60,854 nt of DNA from a virus (Duplodnaviria > Caudoviricetes), in the IMG/VR virus record IMGVR_UViG_3300005609_000008, positions 1 through 60,854 of that record. The stretch is one strand, 5' to 3'. Below are positions 38,202 through 47,086 of this stretch, piece after piece (within the stretch, counting starts at the first letter, position 1; each line of letters opens with the position of its first letter). The notes beneath the pieces were generated by a model. The model did not search any database, was not told where the DNA came from, and saw only the letters and a list, made by a program, of their open reading frames with translations. The position numbers and the translations under genes were made by a program.

Positions 38202-38786
38202 TTAAATTTTAGTAACAACAATTCCTACTACTGCTTCAAGAGTAGTTTCTGTAATGCTTCCTGCTAATTCAATTCCCCCCATAGCAAACATACTTCCTGC
38301 AGGAATAGTAAGGTTTTGAGAAGTTAAATCTTCCACAAATCCTGGTGCAGTATTGTTATCTGAATTAGTTAACTCAGTAACTAAAGCTCCTAATTGAGTC
38401 CATGTTCCTGGTGTGTTAGGGTCTGCTGCTAAATCTGAACTAGTGTAAAGATTAAATACATAATTAAAATCTGCACTTGCTCCAGTCATTGGTGCAGCAG
38501 CTTTAAAATATACAGACTGAATTTTTACTGCATATGGAAATATAATTGCAGAAGCTTGATTAGTTGGTGATTGGATTCCTCCCCACTCTACTGTGTCTCC
38601 GTTAAATGGATTGTTATTACCTGCTCCAAGGTTAATAATTTTTCCGTTATAAGATATTGTTACAAGTTCACTGAAATCTTCAGGAAATGTATAAGCATCT
38701 CTCATTGCGTTTGCTGAAGCTGATCCTAAATTCTCTGTTGGTACAAAGGATGCAACTCCATGAAATTTTGTTCCGTTTGGTATCAT
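38202..38786 (-). CDS. Putative virion decoration protein (194 aa)
   Basis: N-terminal IPNGTKFHGVA is shared with 39689-40978. Confidence 0.5.
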   Translation of the reverse strand: MIPNGTKFHGVASFVPTENLGSASANAMRDAYTFPEDFSELVTISYNGKIINLGAGNNNPFNGDTVEWGGIQSPTNQASAIIFPYAVKIQSVYFKAAAPMTGASADFNYVFNLYTSSDLAADPNTPGTWTQLGALVTELTNSDNNTAPGFVEDLTSQNLTIPAGSMFAMGGIELAGSITETTLEAVVGIVVTKI

Positions 38787-38811
38787 TTTTATTTTTATTT
38801 TTAAAGTTTAA

Positions 38812-38976
38812 CTATTTACTGTAAGGAAACTTTCTGTTTAACGAATCTCTTCTTTCAGAACATCCACATGGTTTACCTGTTGCTTTAGCAACTTTGTCTA
38901 CTACTTTTTTAATACCAGTAGCAGTAGTAATTTTTTCAATGGTATCTCCTAATCCTCTAGATTTTTCGTTCAACAT
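38812..38976 (-). CDS. Small protein (54 aa; GLGDTIEKIT...CGC..RRDSLN)
   Basis: Hand-translated; fills the gap. Confidence 0.7.
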   Translation of the reverse strand: MLNEKSRGLGDTIEKITTATGIKKVVDKVAKATGKPCGCSERRDSLNRKFPYSK

Positions 38977-38978
38977 AC

Positions 38979-39188
38979 TTATTTTCTTATTAATTTACTT
39001 AAATGTCCTTTTACACTTTTTGGGTAATGTTTTTCATACTTCATAGAATGATCTCCTCCGTATGCATGACCATAGTCTTTTTTAGACATTGCTTTACTTT
39101 CGTCTCTACGATCTTTTAATGACTGAGACTTCTTTCCGTTTTTTGCTCCTAGAGATTCATCTAGTCTAGCGTTGTAACCTTGTTTCAT
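38979..39188 (-). CDS. Small basic protein (69 aa)
   Basis: ORF track; Lys-rich. Confidence 0.7.
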   Translation of the reverse strand: MKQGYNARLDESLGAKNGKKSQSLKDRRDESKAMSKKDYGHAYGGDHSMKYEKHYPKSVKGHLSKLIRK

Positions 39189-39211
39189 GATATATTTATT
39201 TATTTAATTAA

Positions 39212-39373
39212 TTACTTGTTTCTTCTAGCTCTCTTCATACCTGCTGCTGCTTTTCTAGCCATTCCTTTTTTACCATACTTGTTTACGCCAGCAGTATAGG
39301 CTATTTTTTTAGCAGCCGTTTCAGACTTACCTTCCGACATTAGCTTCTTAACTAGTTGTTTAAATTTTCCCAT
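39212..39373 (-). CDS. Small basic protein (53 aa, MGKFKQLVKK...)
   Basis: Hand-translated; Lys/Ala-rich. Confidence 0.7.
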   Translation of the reverse strand: MGKFKQLVKKLMSEGKSETAAKKIAYTAGVNKYGKKGMARKAAAGMKRARRNK

Positions 39374-39385
39374 GATACAAATATA

Positions 39386-39676
39386 CTAATATTTTCCTTG
39401 TCTATTTTTTGGACTAGATTTTGTGCTTCCACCTTTACCTGACCATAAGTTTTTACATGCCCAATATCTTGCAGTTAATTTACTTTTTGCCGTACCACAT
39501 TTGTGCCTAGCCTTAAAACTTTTTCTAGCTGCTGCACTGTAGTTGTGCCCATAACCTTTAGCACCAAAATGAATTAGCTTTTCTTTACCACCCTCACACC
39601 CTTTAACCATTTTCTTTTTACCTGCTCGGTCAGAAGGTCTAGGTTTGTTGCAAGGCATTTTACTTTTATCTGCCAT
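39386..39676 (-). CDS. Small basic protein (96 aa; IHFG...RKSFKARHKC...ARYW)
   Basis: Pattern familiar from aquatic phage hypothetical proteins. Confidence 0.7.
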   Translation of the reverse strand: MADKSKMPCNKPRPSDRAGKKKMVKGCEGGKEKLIHFGAKGYGHNYSAAARKSFKARHKCGTAKSKLTARYWACKNLWSGKGGSTKSSPKNRQGKY

Positions 39677-39688
39677 TACTTAGTGTTA

Positions 39689-40978
39689 TTATTTTGCTTG
39701 TATTACTATCCAATTAGTTCCATCCGACCAAATTGCAACTCCATTATATGGTTTGTTTATTTCATATGTTGCAGCACCATCAATAGTTTCACCAACAGGA
39801 GCAGCAATATCTACCTTATCATTTGCACTAATAGTAGAGTCGTTTACTATCCTTAAAAACCTATATGGTATTGCAGTTGCTGAAGGTAGTGTTAAAGTAA
39901 AAGTTCCTGAACCCCCTGACCATGTCAGGTCAATTATATTTTTAGTAGTAGTAATGACTGAGCTTCCACCTGGTGTTGCAGTTATAAACTCAGGAATTAA
40001 AGTTACTGTTTCCTTTAAAATTAATTCATCGGTTGAAGCGTCATACTCAAGCTTAGAGCCATCAGCAGCACCTTGTTGAATCCCAGGAATTCTAAACTTA
40101 TTTATATCTTGATTACCTATAGTTAGCTCACCAATCACATTAGGTGCACTAGGTTCAGCTTCATCTCCAATAATTATATTTTTTGAACCTGTCGTTAATG
40201 TTGACCCTACTCCATTACCTATTGCAGTGTTTCTAAAACCTGTGGTTAAATTATTTAAACTTTGAAATCCAATTGCAGTATTAAAGTTTGACGTTAATTT
40301 TGACTTTAAACTTTCACTACCAACTGCAGTGTTACCTGCTCCTGCTGATGCACTTGAAATAGCATCACGCCCAACTGCAGTATTATTAGAACCTCCAATA
40401 TTAAGATTTAAAGCCTCTGCTCCTATTACAGTATTTGAATTCCCTGTAGTGTTATCTTTTAGAGAGTTTAAACCTACTCCTGTATTTTGTGATGCAGTAG
40501 TAATTTCAGACATTACATTCTCTCCAAAACCTGCATTAGAGTTTCCAGTTGTATTGTCAAGATTCCCTGCATTTGTTCCTGCGAAAGTGTTATTATTTTG
40601 TTGAAATAAATCTAAGAACCCTGTTACTCTTAAATCACCACCTACTCTAAATCCATAACTTGTGGTTTCACATTTTTTATCGTTGTTATAATAAAACAAA
40701 ACTCCATTATTTGGTCTAAAAATAGCAATAACCTCACCTGTGGTTTTGCTTTTTATTGCTAAATCACCATCTGCAATAATTGAATCTCCACTTGTAAACT
40801 CAATATCGTTTCCTTCTGTTTCATTTCCATTATTTAAAACAGTAGAGAGATTTCCACCTGCTTGAATTTCTTCAATAGTATATGTGTCTCTTTGTTCGTT
40901 TGCCAAAGAAGACCCCTTGTTCTGTGTGTTTACGGATGGAGCTACTCCATGAAATTTTGTTCCGCTTGGTATTGCCAT
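39689..40978 (-). CDS. Fibre/spike-like protein with 14-aa N(T)AxG beta-roll repeats
   Basis: NAGFG/NTGVG/NTVIG/NTAVG/NTAIG repeats; C-terminal SDGTNWIVI. Confidence 0.65.
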   Translation of the reverse strand: MAIPSGTKFHGVAPSVNTQNKGSSLANEQRDTYTIEEIQAGGNLSTVLNNGNETEGNDIEFTSGDSIIADGDLAIKSKTTGEVIAIFRPNNGVLFYYNNDKKCETTSYGFRVGGDLRVTGFLDLFQQNNNTFAGTNAGNLDNTTGNSNAGFGENVMSEITTASQNTGVGLNSLKDNTTGNSNTVIGAEALNLNIGGSNNTAVGRDAISSASAGAGNTAVGSESLKSKLTSNFNTAIGFQSLNNLTTGFRNTAIGNGVGSTLTTGSKNIIIGDEAEPSAPNVIGELTIGNQDINKFRIPGIQQGAADGSKLEYDASTDELILKETVTLIPEFITATPGGSSVITTTKNIIDLTWSGGSGTFTLTLPSATAIPYRFLRIVNDSTISANDKVDIAAPVGETIDGAATYEINKPYNGVAIWSDGTNWIVIQAK

Positions 40979-40984
40979 TTTTAT

Positions 40985-41227
40985 TTATTTTTTATATCTT
41001 TTAGTTACTCTTGCTCTTGGTGTATTTGCTACAACAGTTTTTTTAGAAGCTTTCTTTTTACGTGCTGTCCTTGCTCTTTCAGCTTTAGTCATAGACTTAG
41101 CTTTAGCTAAAGGTAAACAACGGTCAGGGTTCTTAGTGTCCTTGCTTGTACCACAAGCACCTTTGATAGAACCATCAAGTCCTATACGCACCCACTTCTC
41201 ATCTCTCCACTTCTTAAGCTCACCCAT
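40985..41227 (-). CDS. Small basic protein (80 aa; LKKWRDEKWV...CG...CLP)
   Basis: ORF track; familiar phage hypothetical pattern. Confidence 0.7.
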   Translation of the reverse strand: MGELKKWRDEKWVRIGLDGSIKGACGTSKDTKNPDRCLPLAKAKSMTKAERARTARKKKASKKTVVANTPRARVTKRYKK

Positions 41228-41525
41228 TAAATCGACTCTGTTGTTTGTTAAACCTTTTAGTCATTCTTTCTAACTTTTTAGCAGCTCTATTTTTTTTATT
41301 AATTGTTCTTTTTCTTCCAACAGGTTTTCTAGAAGTATTAACTGCAATTACCAAACTACCATCATCTTGTAAGGTTGCTGACTTCCGTTTTATATTTCCT
41401 CCGTTAGTAACTTTTTTTGAAATTCTATTTTCTGATTCAAATGTAGAACGACTCTTTCTTTTCTTTTTGTCATTTTTTACTTTTGTAACAGAAGCAGTAG
41501 TTACTATTGTTTTATCTTTTGGCAT
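41220..41525 (-). CDS. Small highly basic protein (101 aa)
   Basis: ORF track; tightly packed with its neighbours. Confidence 0.65.
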   Translation of the reverse strand: MPKDKTIVTTASVTKVKNDKKKRKSRSTFESENRISKKVTNGGNIKRKSATLQDDGSLVIAVNTSRKPVGRKRTINKKNRAAKKLERMTKRFNKQQSRFNG

Positions 41526-41527
41526 AT

Positions 41528-41683
41528 TTATTTCTTTTTACCTTTAGCGTAGTTAGGGTCTTTACAATATTTACTGGCAGCCATGTTAGCATAGGCAGAT
41601 GGGTACTTGTCAAATGTTCTCCTTGCCCATGCAATACCTGCAGGACAAATCTTGTTTCCTTTTGTTCTACCTTTCTTTGCCAT
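41528..41683 (-). CDS. Small basic protein (51 aa; ...FDKYPSAYAN...)
   Basis: Hand-translated. Confidence 0.7.
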   Translation of the reverse strand: MAKKGRTKGNKICPAGIAWARRTFDKYPSAYANMAASKYCKDPNYAKGKKK

Positions 41684-41690
41684 AAAAAAT

Positions 41691-41828
41691 TTATTTACAA
41701 TTACATGTTTGATTTGGGCAGCTTAATATATTAAACATTATCTTAGATAGTAATGTATTCCAGCTACACTGAAATTTACACCATACCGACTGCATCCATT
41801 TCCCTATTGTTATAAATAATTTTCCCAT
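41691..41828 (-). CDS. Small Cys/Trp-rich protein (45 aa)
   Basis: Hand-translated; TAATG coupling with the upstream gene. Confidence 0.6.
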   Translation of the reverse strand: MGKLFITIGKWMQSVWCKFQCSWNTLLSKIMFNILSCPNQTCNCK

Positions 41829-42106
41829 TACTTTTTCTTTTTTGTAGTTGTTAATCCTTGAAGCCCTTGAAGCCCTTGAAGCCCAGCTATTTTAGTATAC
41901 TTGTCTGACACTCTTTTTCTATTAGCCTCTTTCCTCTTCTTTTTAGCTAAAGCTCTTTTTTCCTTTCTGTTTGCGATTGCCTCAGAGGTAAGCTTTTTGT
42001 TTTGTGACTTTAAATCAGCAATTGCATTAGCAGTGCTTTGCCTAAAAGTTGAGGTCTCGTTCTCTTTTTTTTTGGCAGCAGCAGCCTTTTTTTCTTCGTC
42101 AGTCAT
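41828..42106 (-). CDS. Small basic protein (92 aa) with GLQ repeats
   Basis: ORF track; 9-bp tandem repeat at ~41856-41885. Confidence 0.65.
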   Translation of the reverse strand: MTDEEKKAAAAKKKENETSTFRQSTANAIADLKSQNKKLTSEAIANRKEKRALAKKKRKEANRKRVSDKYTKIAGLQGLQGLQGLTTTKKKK

Positions 42107-42112
42107 AATTTG

Positions 42113-42131
42113 TATCTTTACAACAAAGTTA
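42113..42131. promoter_or_regulatory. Overlapping opposed promoter elements: TATCTTTA (+, 42113-42120) and TAACTTTG (-, 42124-42131)
   Basis: Located in the 39-bp gap between divergent genes. Confidence 0.5.
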
Positions 42132-42145
42132 CTAAATTAAATTTT

Positions 42146-42580
42146 ATGCAATCAGACTACTTAAAATATTGGAGGGTAGTGCGTCAGTTTATAAAAGCAA
42201 AACATGGACTAACACAAGCAGACCTTGACATCCTACTATTTTTAAAATCAGAACAATACTTTTCAAAAGATAAATTTAAAGAGTTCGATGAGTTAATCAG
42301 TTGGAATAAAAACAGATTTGAAAATCTAAGACAGGCAGGGTGGATTGAGGTCTTTAGAAAAAGAATGGGTAAAAGAAAAGCTCTATATCAACTTTCTACA
42401 AAAGGAAAAAGGGTCACCACATCAATATACAAATACCTCAATGGGAAGGAAATTCCTACAAGTAATGATGGCAACCCTATGTTTCTTAGAAACGTATCAT
42501 ACACCGATAAGGTGTATCGAAATTTTATAACAGAAATGAACGCTTTTACAAGACAACAACGACATCAGACTCAGAAATAA
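42146..42580 (+). CDS. Winged-helix (MarR-like) DNA-binding protein
   Basis: GLTQADLDILLFL...L...GWIEV...LYQLSTKGK pattern; ATG start at 42146 preferred over TTG at 42110. Confidence 0.65.
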   Translation: MQSDYLKYWRVVRQFIKAKHGLTQADLDILLFLKSEQYFSKDKFKEFDELISWNKNRFENLRQAGWIEVFRKRMGKRKALYQLSTKGKRVTTSIYKYLNGKEIPTSNDGNPMFLRNVSYTDKVYRNFITEMNAFTRQQRHQTQK

Positions 42581-42803
42581 CTGTGTGCTGCGTTCCGTTG
42601 ATTACCATCTTGTAGCCTGCCCTTGAGTCATAGTATATCTCATCAGCAGTGTTTACTACTGCCACATCTGTTCCAGGCATCACAACCACACCCTTCTTAT
42701 ACCTCAAGTCTTTTGTGTCTTCAGCAGTTAAAAGTATTCCTGACTCTGTACTGATCTCTTCTTTGATTTCATCAATCACGATATATTTTCCTATTGGCTT
42801 CAT
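42546..42803 (-). CDS. groS: Co-chaperonin GroES
   Basis: MKPIGKYIVI...TESGILL...GVVV..G...ISESDVV; coupled to groEL. Confidence 0.9.
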   Translation of the reverse strand: MKPIGKYIVIDEIKEEISTESGILLTAEDTKDLRYKKGVVVMPGTDVAVVNTADEIYYDSRAGYKMVINGTQHTVISESDVVVVL

Positions 42804-44422
42804 TCGGTCTCGTATGTTCTAGCCATTGTAATAATAGCATTGGTTGATAAAATAGTTACTGCAACAGACACTGCATTTTGAAGAGCTGACCTAGTTACCT
42901 TGGTAGGGTCAATGACACCCATCTCTATTAGGTCACCATATTCCTTAGTCTTTAAATCATATCCATAGTCAAATCCACTAAGGTAGTGGTCTTTGAGAAT
43001 ATCATCAGGTTCTAGACCTGCGTTTATAAGTATCTGTCTCCATGGAGCTTGCAGAGCATTGTACATAATATCTCTCGCTACCATAAGCTCCTTGGTTTCC
43101 TTTTTTTCATTTCTCTTGAAGTGAAAGGGTGCACATATTTTTGCTAGTGCCATTCCTGCTCCTGGAAGTATCCCTTCCTCTAAAGCTGAACGTACTGCAC
43201 ACACTGCATCGTCTACCCTGTCATATAACTCCTTCTGCTCAAGGTCTGTGTTACCTCCTACATGGATAACTCCTATCCCTCCTGTTAAGGAGGCGATTCG
43301 CTGGAGAATAAAATCCTTGTCCTGCTTTGCTTTGGTTACCTTATGTGCATCCCACAACTCAGATACCCTTTGGTCCACATCCTTGTTTTGGTCAGCCTCA
43401 CTTAAAATTACAGAAGAGTCTCTCCCAACTATCACCCTGGAAGCAAACCCTAAGTCTGTAAATTCAATGAGGCTTAAATCGTCACCTGTCTTCTCCGAAA
43501 AATATGTAGCTCCTACCGACAACGCTATGTCCTGCATCAGCTCATGCTGACGATATCCAAAGTTTGGTGGTGGAACTGTACATAAGTGTAACCCCCTCTT
43601 CTGAACGTTGGCAGCCAAAGTGGCTATCACATTGGTAGTACATGGCGATATAATTAATATTTTTTTCTTATCTTGTATGATTGGTTTCAACACATTCTCT
43701 ATCTGAAGTATGTTACTGATCTCTGCATCACATACTAGTATATGCACATCTTCCAATATACACTCGTCTTTCTTTTGGTGGTTGATAAACATCGGTGACG
43801 AATATCCCTTATCTATCTTAATACCTTTCGTGGTTTCATAAAAAGTCTCAGGTGTCGGTGAGTTCTCTACAGTGACTATGCCGTTCTTGCCAACATCGTT
43901 GTAGCAGTCAGAGATTATCTTTCCTATGACCCTGTCGTTATTGGCTGATATAGTTGCCACATCAACTAACCTCTTCTTTGTTACCTTCTTACTTTCTTTC
44001 TTTAAAGACTTTACCAACCCTTCAGTCTCACTTGCTAGATGTCTTAGAACTTCTGTCTTGTTTACATCACCAGTAATCTTTTGCAACCCCTCTTTAACTA
44101 ACGCCTCTGTTAACACTATAGCAGTAGTAGTCCCATCACCTGCTGAGGTAGCAGTTCTAGCTGACGCTTCTTTCATCATCTTTACGGCAAGATTACCTAC
44201 AGGGTCTGCCATGTCATAACTCTTGGCAACAGTGACACCATCCTTGGTGACTGTCATTCCATGCGTGTGATGAGGTGATTCAATTATTACTGTTTGACCC
44301 ATAGGTCCTAGTGTGCTCTTAACTGCACTCGATATCATAGAGATACCTTGAAGAAGTTTCTTTTGTGAGTCTACACCTATCGTAAGTTCTTTAGGTGAAT
44401 ACCCTCCCATTGGATTATTCAT
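42800..44422 (-). CDS. groL: Chaperonin GroEL
   Basis: VKSTLGPMG, TKDGVTVAK, AGDGTTTA, EEGILPGAG and GVIDPTKV motifs; ATG start at 44422 (or 44410) preferred. Confidence 0.95.
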   Translation of the reverse strand: MNNPMGGYSPKELTIGVDSQKKLLQGISMISSAVKSTLGPMGQTVIIESPHHTHGMTVTKDGVTVAKSYDMADPVGNLAVKMMKEASARTATSAGDGTTTAIVLTEALVKEGLQKITGDVNKTEVLRHLASETEGLVKSLKKESKKVTKKRLVDVATISANNDRVIGKIISDCYNDVGKNGIVTVENSPTPETFYETTKGIKIDKGYSSPMFINHQKKDECILEDVHILVCDAEISNILQIENVLKPIIQDKKKILIISPCTTNVIATLAANVQKRGLHLCTVPPPNFGYRQHELMQDIALSVGATYFSEKTGDDLSLIEFTDLGFASRVIVGRDSSVILSEADQNKDVDQRVSELWDAHKVTKAKQDKDFILQRIASLTGGIGVIHVGGNTDLEQKELYDRVDDAVCAVRSALEEGILPGAGMALAKICAPFHFKRNEKKETKELMVARDIMYNALQAPWRQILINAGLEPDDILKDHYLSGFDYGYDLKTKEYGDLIEMGVIDPTKVTRSALQNAVSVAVTILSTNAIITMARTYETE

Positions 44423-44448
44423 TTGATTTGATTTAAATGTTATACATA

Positions 44449-44456
44449 CAAAGATA
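44449..44456 (-). promoter_or_regulatory. TAnnTTTG promoter element for groEL/groES
   Basis: TATCTTTG on -. Confidence 0.65.
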
Positions 44457-44481
44457 CAATAATTATTCCATTTCAAAACTC

Positions 44482-44670
44482 GTGACAAGGTGACAAACTT
44501 TTTTCCCTATATATATATATATTTTTTCCTCCTTTTATAACTATCACTCCCTATACGACCCTTTTAAATTGTCACAAACTATCACCACTTTGATAATCAA
44601 ATAGTTAAGTATTTAAATTCGTCACCAAACTGTCATTTATTTGTCACAATACTATACTATTATCTATAAA
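44482..44670. other. Origin-like element A (GTGAC/TGTCAC repeats, (TA)n tract, IHF site)
   Basis: Homologous to 55606-55775; WATCAANNNNTTR match at 44595-44607. Confidence 0.55.
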
Positions 44671-44686
44671 CCTGTCACAATAAAAC

Positions 44687-44717
44687 AAAAAAAGAGGCAA
44701 CTATAAAGTCACCCCTT
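44687..44717 (-). terminator. Intrinsic terminator
   Basis: AAGGGGTGACT-ttat-AGTTGCCTCTT followed by a T tract on -. Confidence 0.7.
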
Positions 44718-44735
44718 AAAACAAAACAGTAAATC

Positions 44736-44927
44736 TTACTTTAAAAATTTCTTAATTGCTTGTTTCATTTCTTTTCTGTCATCAGCAAGTTCAATACCCA
44801 ATGCAATATCTTGAGTTGTGCTTCTTTGCTTGTTAGCCTTGCGTAACATAGCAGCTTGTGATATACCAGAAATACCTACAGGGCGATCATTAATTAATCT
44901 CCCATCTTTCATTGTTAATCCATCCAT
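44736..44927 (-). CDS. Hypothetical protein (63 aa), monocistronic
   Basis: Has its own promoter element (TACCTTTG at 44959-44966 on -) and terminator. Confidence 0.7.
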   Translation of the reverse strand: MDGLTMKDGRLINDRPVGISGISQAAMLRKANKQRSTTQDIALGIELADDRKEMKQAIKKFLK

Positions 44928-45500
44928 GGTTCTTAATTTTTAAATTATACGTATATCCCAAAGGTACAAAATTTTATTAGATAGGTGTAGTGTTTGGGTT
45001 ATATGATATGATGAAGACGCACCCCCCCAGAGAAAACCGATTTTTTTTGCTCGACATTTCACGTTTTTTTTTCGTTGTTTCTGATTTTTTTGACTTTTAG
45101 TTGAGGTAGGATCAGCCCTTACCACCACTACGATTGTCGTAGGTTTTACCCTTGCATCAATCTGCGTGGAACTCCCAATCTAATGAAGGGGAACTACCTC
45201 CACATCCATAGGAACAGATACAAAAGAGAACTAAAGAACTTTAAACTCTTAAAGTATTGAGATGATTAGAGACATCTCATAACCTCTGTCCCTTCATCAT
45301 ATTGCCTAAACATTTCGAGATATTCAGCATCTCGCAATCCCTTTGTTAGCCTATGTTCAGATAGGTCAAAAACAAAAGACAATTACTCAGATGAATAAAT
45401 CACAAATATTAGACAGATATTAGACGAAAATTCACTATATTGTCGTGGGAATAGTCCTATAACACAAGTAAAAACATAAATACTTGAAAATCACAGAATT

Positions 45501-45707
45501 ATGAAGAAAAACAAGATTACAATCGAAGTGGACAACCATCTTTCAAACAAGATAACGTTTGAGACTTGGTTGAAAAGTGACAATGTCATTGAACTATCGA
45601 AAGATGGAGTATCATTTTGGGCAAGTCAAGATGCTCAATACCGAAACAAGTTGTACACTAGGCAAGATGCTTGGAACTACTATCAGAAAGAATTTATTAA
45701 TCAGTAA
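45501..45707 (+). CDS. Early hypothetical protein (68 aa)
   Basis: First + strand gene; leader CACAGAATT-ATG. Confidence 0.7.
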   Translation: MKKNKITIEVDNHLSNKITFETWLKSDNVIELSKDGVSFWASQDAQYRNKLYTRQDAWNYYQKEFINQ

Positions 45708-45720
45708 ACCAATTAGAACT

Positions 45721-45894
45721 ATGAACAGAATACTCAAACACATTGTATTGCCGAGTGGATTACACGCATTACAGACAAGGCAAGATGGTAGTGATATCAT
45801 CAGAACAGAAATCTTCACTGAAGAAGAATACCAACACTTTACGTGGTGGAACAGAACTAAATTTAAACTTAACCTTTTAACCTTAAACAACTAG
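45721..45894 (+). CDS. Early hypothetical protein (57 aa)
   Basis: Start re-assigned to the ATG after the leader motif. Confidence 0.7.
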   Translation: MNRILKHIVLPSGLHALQTRQDGSDIIRTEIFTEEEYQHFTWWNRTKFKLNLLTLNN

Positions 45895-45898
45895 AATT

Positions 45899-46162
45899 AT
45901 GAGAAACATTTATAACATTTACGGCTATGACCTAAAGAACGGATTTTGCTTTGAGAACATTGACTTTTCAAGCAAGAAAACTGCACTAGATTCACTTGCA
46001 TATCTCCGAGAATATTGGATGAAAAAGTTAGACTTATCTTCAGCAAATGTGCTGAACATTGGAACTACAGAAGATGAACAATTTGTGGTGGAGATTGATG
46101 ACAGAATCCGACTTACCATCACGAAGAAACCGATTTACACACAAGTATTAAAATACGTTTAA
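45899..46162 (+). CDS. Early hypothetical protein (87 aa)
   Basis: Leader motif followed by ATG. Confidence 0.75.
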   Translation: MRNIYNIYGYDLKNGFCFENIDFSSKKTALDSLAYLREYWMKKLDLSSANVLNIGTTEDEQFVVEIDDRIRLTITKKPIYTQVLKYV

Positions 46163-46182
46163 CCATTAAAACAATTAGAATT

Positions 46183-46755
46183 ATGAGAACAATTAAGCAA
46201 TCAGTATTTAGAGAATTATCGAACAGATTTGGTGACAATGAGTTCACTAGAAAAGACATCCAAAAAGCCGTTTGGAATGCTCAAGGATTTAACGCAGATG
46301 AGTTCACCTACAGACAAGGTTACTACGGCATCAACATCAAGAATTGGAATGACTATGAACGTCTAATTGAAAGGCAATCAAGAGGTCGCTATGAGTTGAC
46401 CAAAGTCGGCAAGAAGTTCGCTACTTGCAGTTATGAAGATGGAGTTGCCTTGATACGTGAGAACAACAAGAACGTGCTTGAAAGACGCAAGGCTAAAAGA
46501 GAGGCTAATAGAAAGGCTCTACCACCTCATATCCTTCACGCAGACAAGTTCCAACATTTGAGTGGACTGACCATCACTAGAGTTCGTTATATGACTCCAA
46601 TTGAACTATCACATATGGATTGGCATCAGTCTCCAATTGTATTTGAGATGTCTGATGGCTCACTAATGTTTCCACAGATGGATGACGAAGGAAATGATGG
46701 TGGAGCAATGGCACGTATCAAGGATGGCAAATGGGATATTTGCTACACGATTTAG
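46183..46755 (+). CDS. Early protein (190 aa), possible N-terminal winged helix
   Basis: Leader motif; GRYELTKVG wing-like segment; C-terminal DDEGNDGG motif. Confidence 0.7.
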   Translation: MRTIKQSVFRELSNRFGDNEFTRKDIQKAVWNAQGFNADEFTYRQGYYGINIKNWNDYERLIERQSRGRYELTKVGKKFATCSYEDGVALIRENNKNVLERRKAKREANRKALPPHILHADKFQHLSGLTITRVRYMTPIELSHMDWHQSPIVFEMSDGSLMFPQMDDEGNDGGAMARIKDGKWDICYTI

Positions 46756-46765
46756 TCCTACAAAA

Positions 46766-46851
46766 CACCAAATCCAGTATTCGCCTCACTATGAAAATAG
46801 TGGGGTTTTGGTGGTGAAAGCAATGACGTTTTCACTTAAAAACAATTAGAA
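46766..46851 (+). promoter_or_regulatory. Double-hairpin element 1
   Basis: 9-bp stem with GAAA loop, then GGTTTTGGTGGT, a second stem and the leader motif. Confidence 0.6.
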
Positions 46852-46853
46852 AA

Positions 46854-47081
46854 ATGAGTAAAAATTTAAACAACGACCAAAGGATCAAACGAGGTCACAA
46901 AGACGTAAAAGGTCTTGGAACACTAGCATCAACTATCCTAGTAATTGAGTTGCAACAACTCATCGAGCAGAGGGTAAAAGAGGTGCAAGAAATCACGAGT
47001 GGAACACGAGTAAATCCATTCGTATCAAACCAAGCCGTAGTGCAAGTATTAGAAACATTTATTAACCCAATTAACAATTAG
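46854..47081 (+). CDS. Early hypothetical protein (75 aa)
   Basis: Leader motif followed by ATG. Confidence 0.75.
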   Translation: MSKNLNNDQRIKRGHKDVKGLGTLASTILVIELQQLIEQRVKEVQEITSGTRVNPFVSNQAVVQVLETFINPINN

Positions 47082-47086
47082 AAATT

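Noticed and set aside
33922-40978. Diversity-generating retroelement acting on fibre genes
   Set aside because: No reverse transcriptase and no template/variable repeat pair with adenine-specific differences was seen.
4309-44219. Numerous + strand ORFs overlapping late genes (e.g. 10315-10815, 8835-9128, 22301-22678, 43248-43550)
   Set aside because: They are antisense shadows of well-supported minus-strand genes, with atypical composition and mostly non-ATG starts.
44940-45128. 62-aa minus-strand ORF
   Set aside because: GTG start, low complexity derived from T tracts, and it overlaps the promoter element of 44736-44927.
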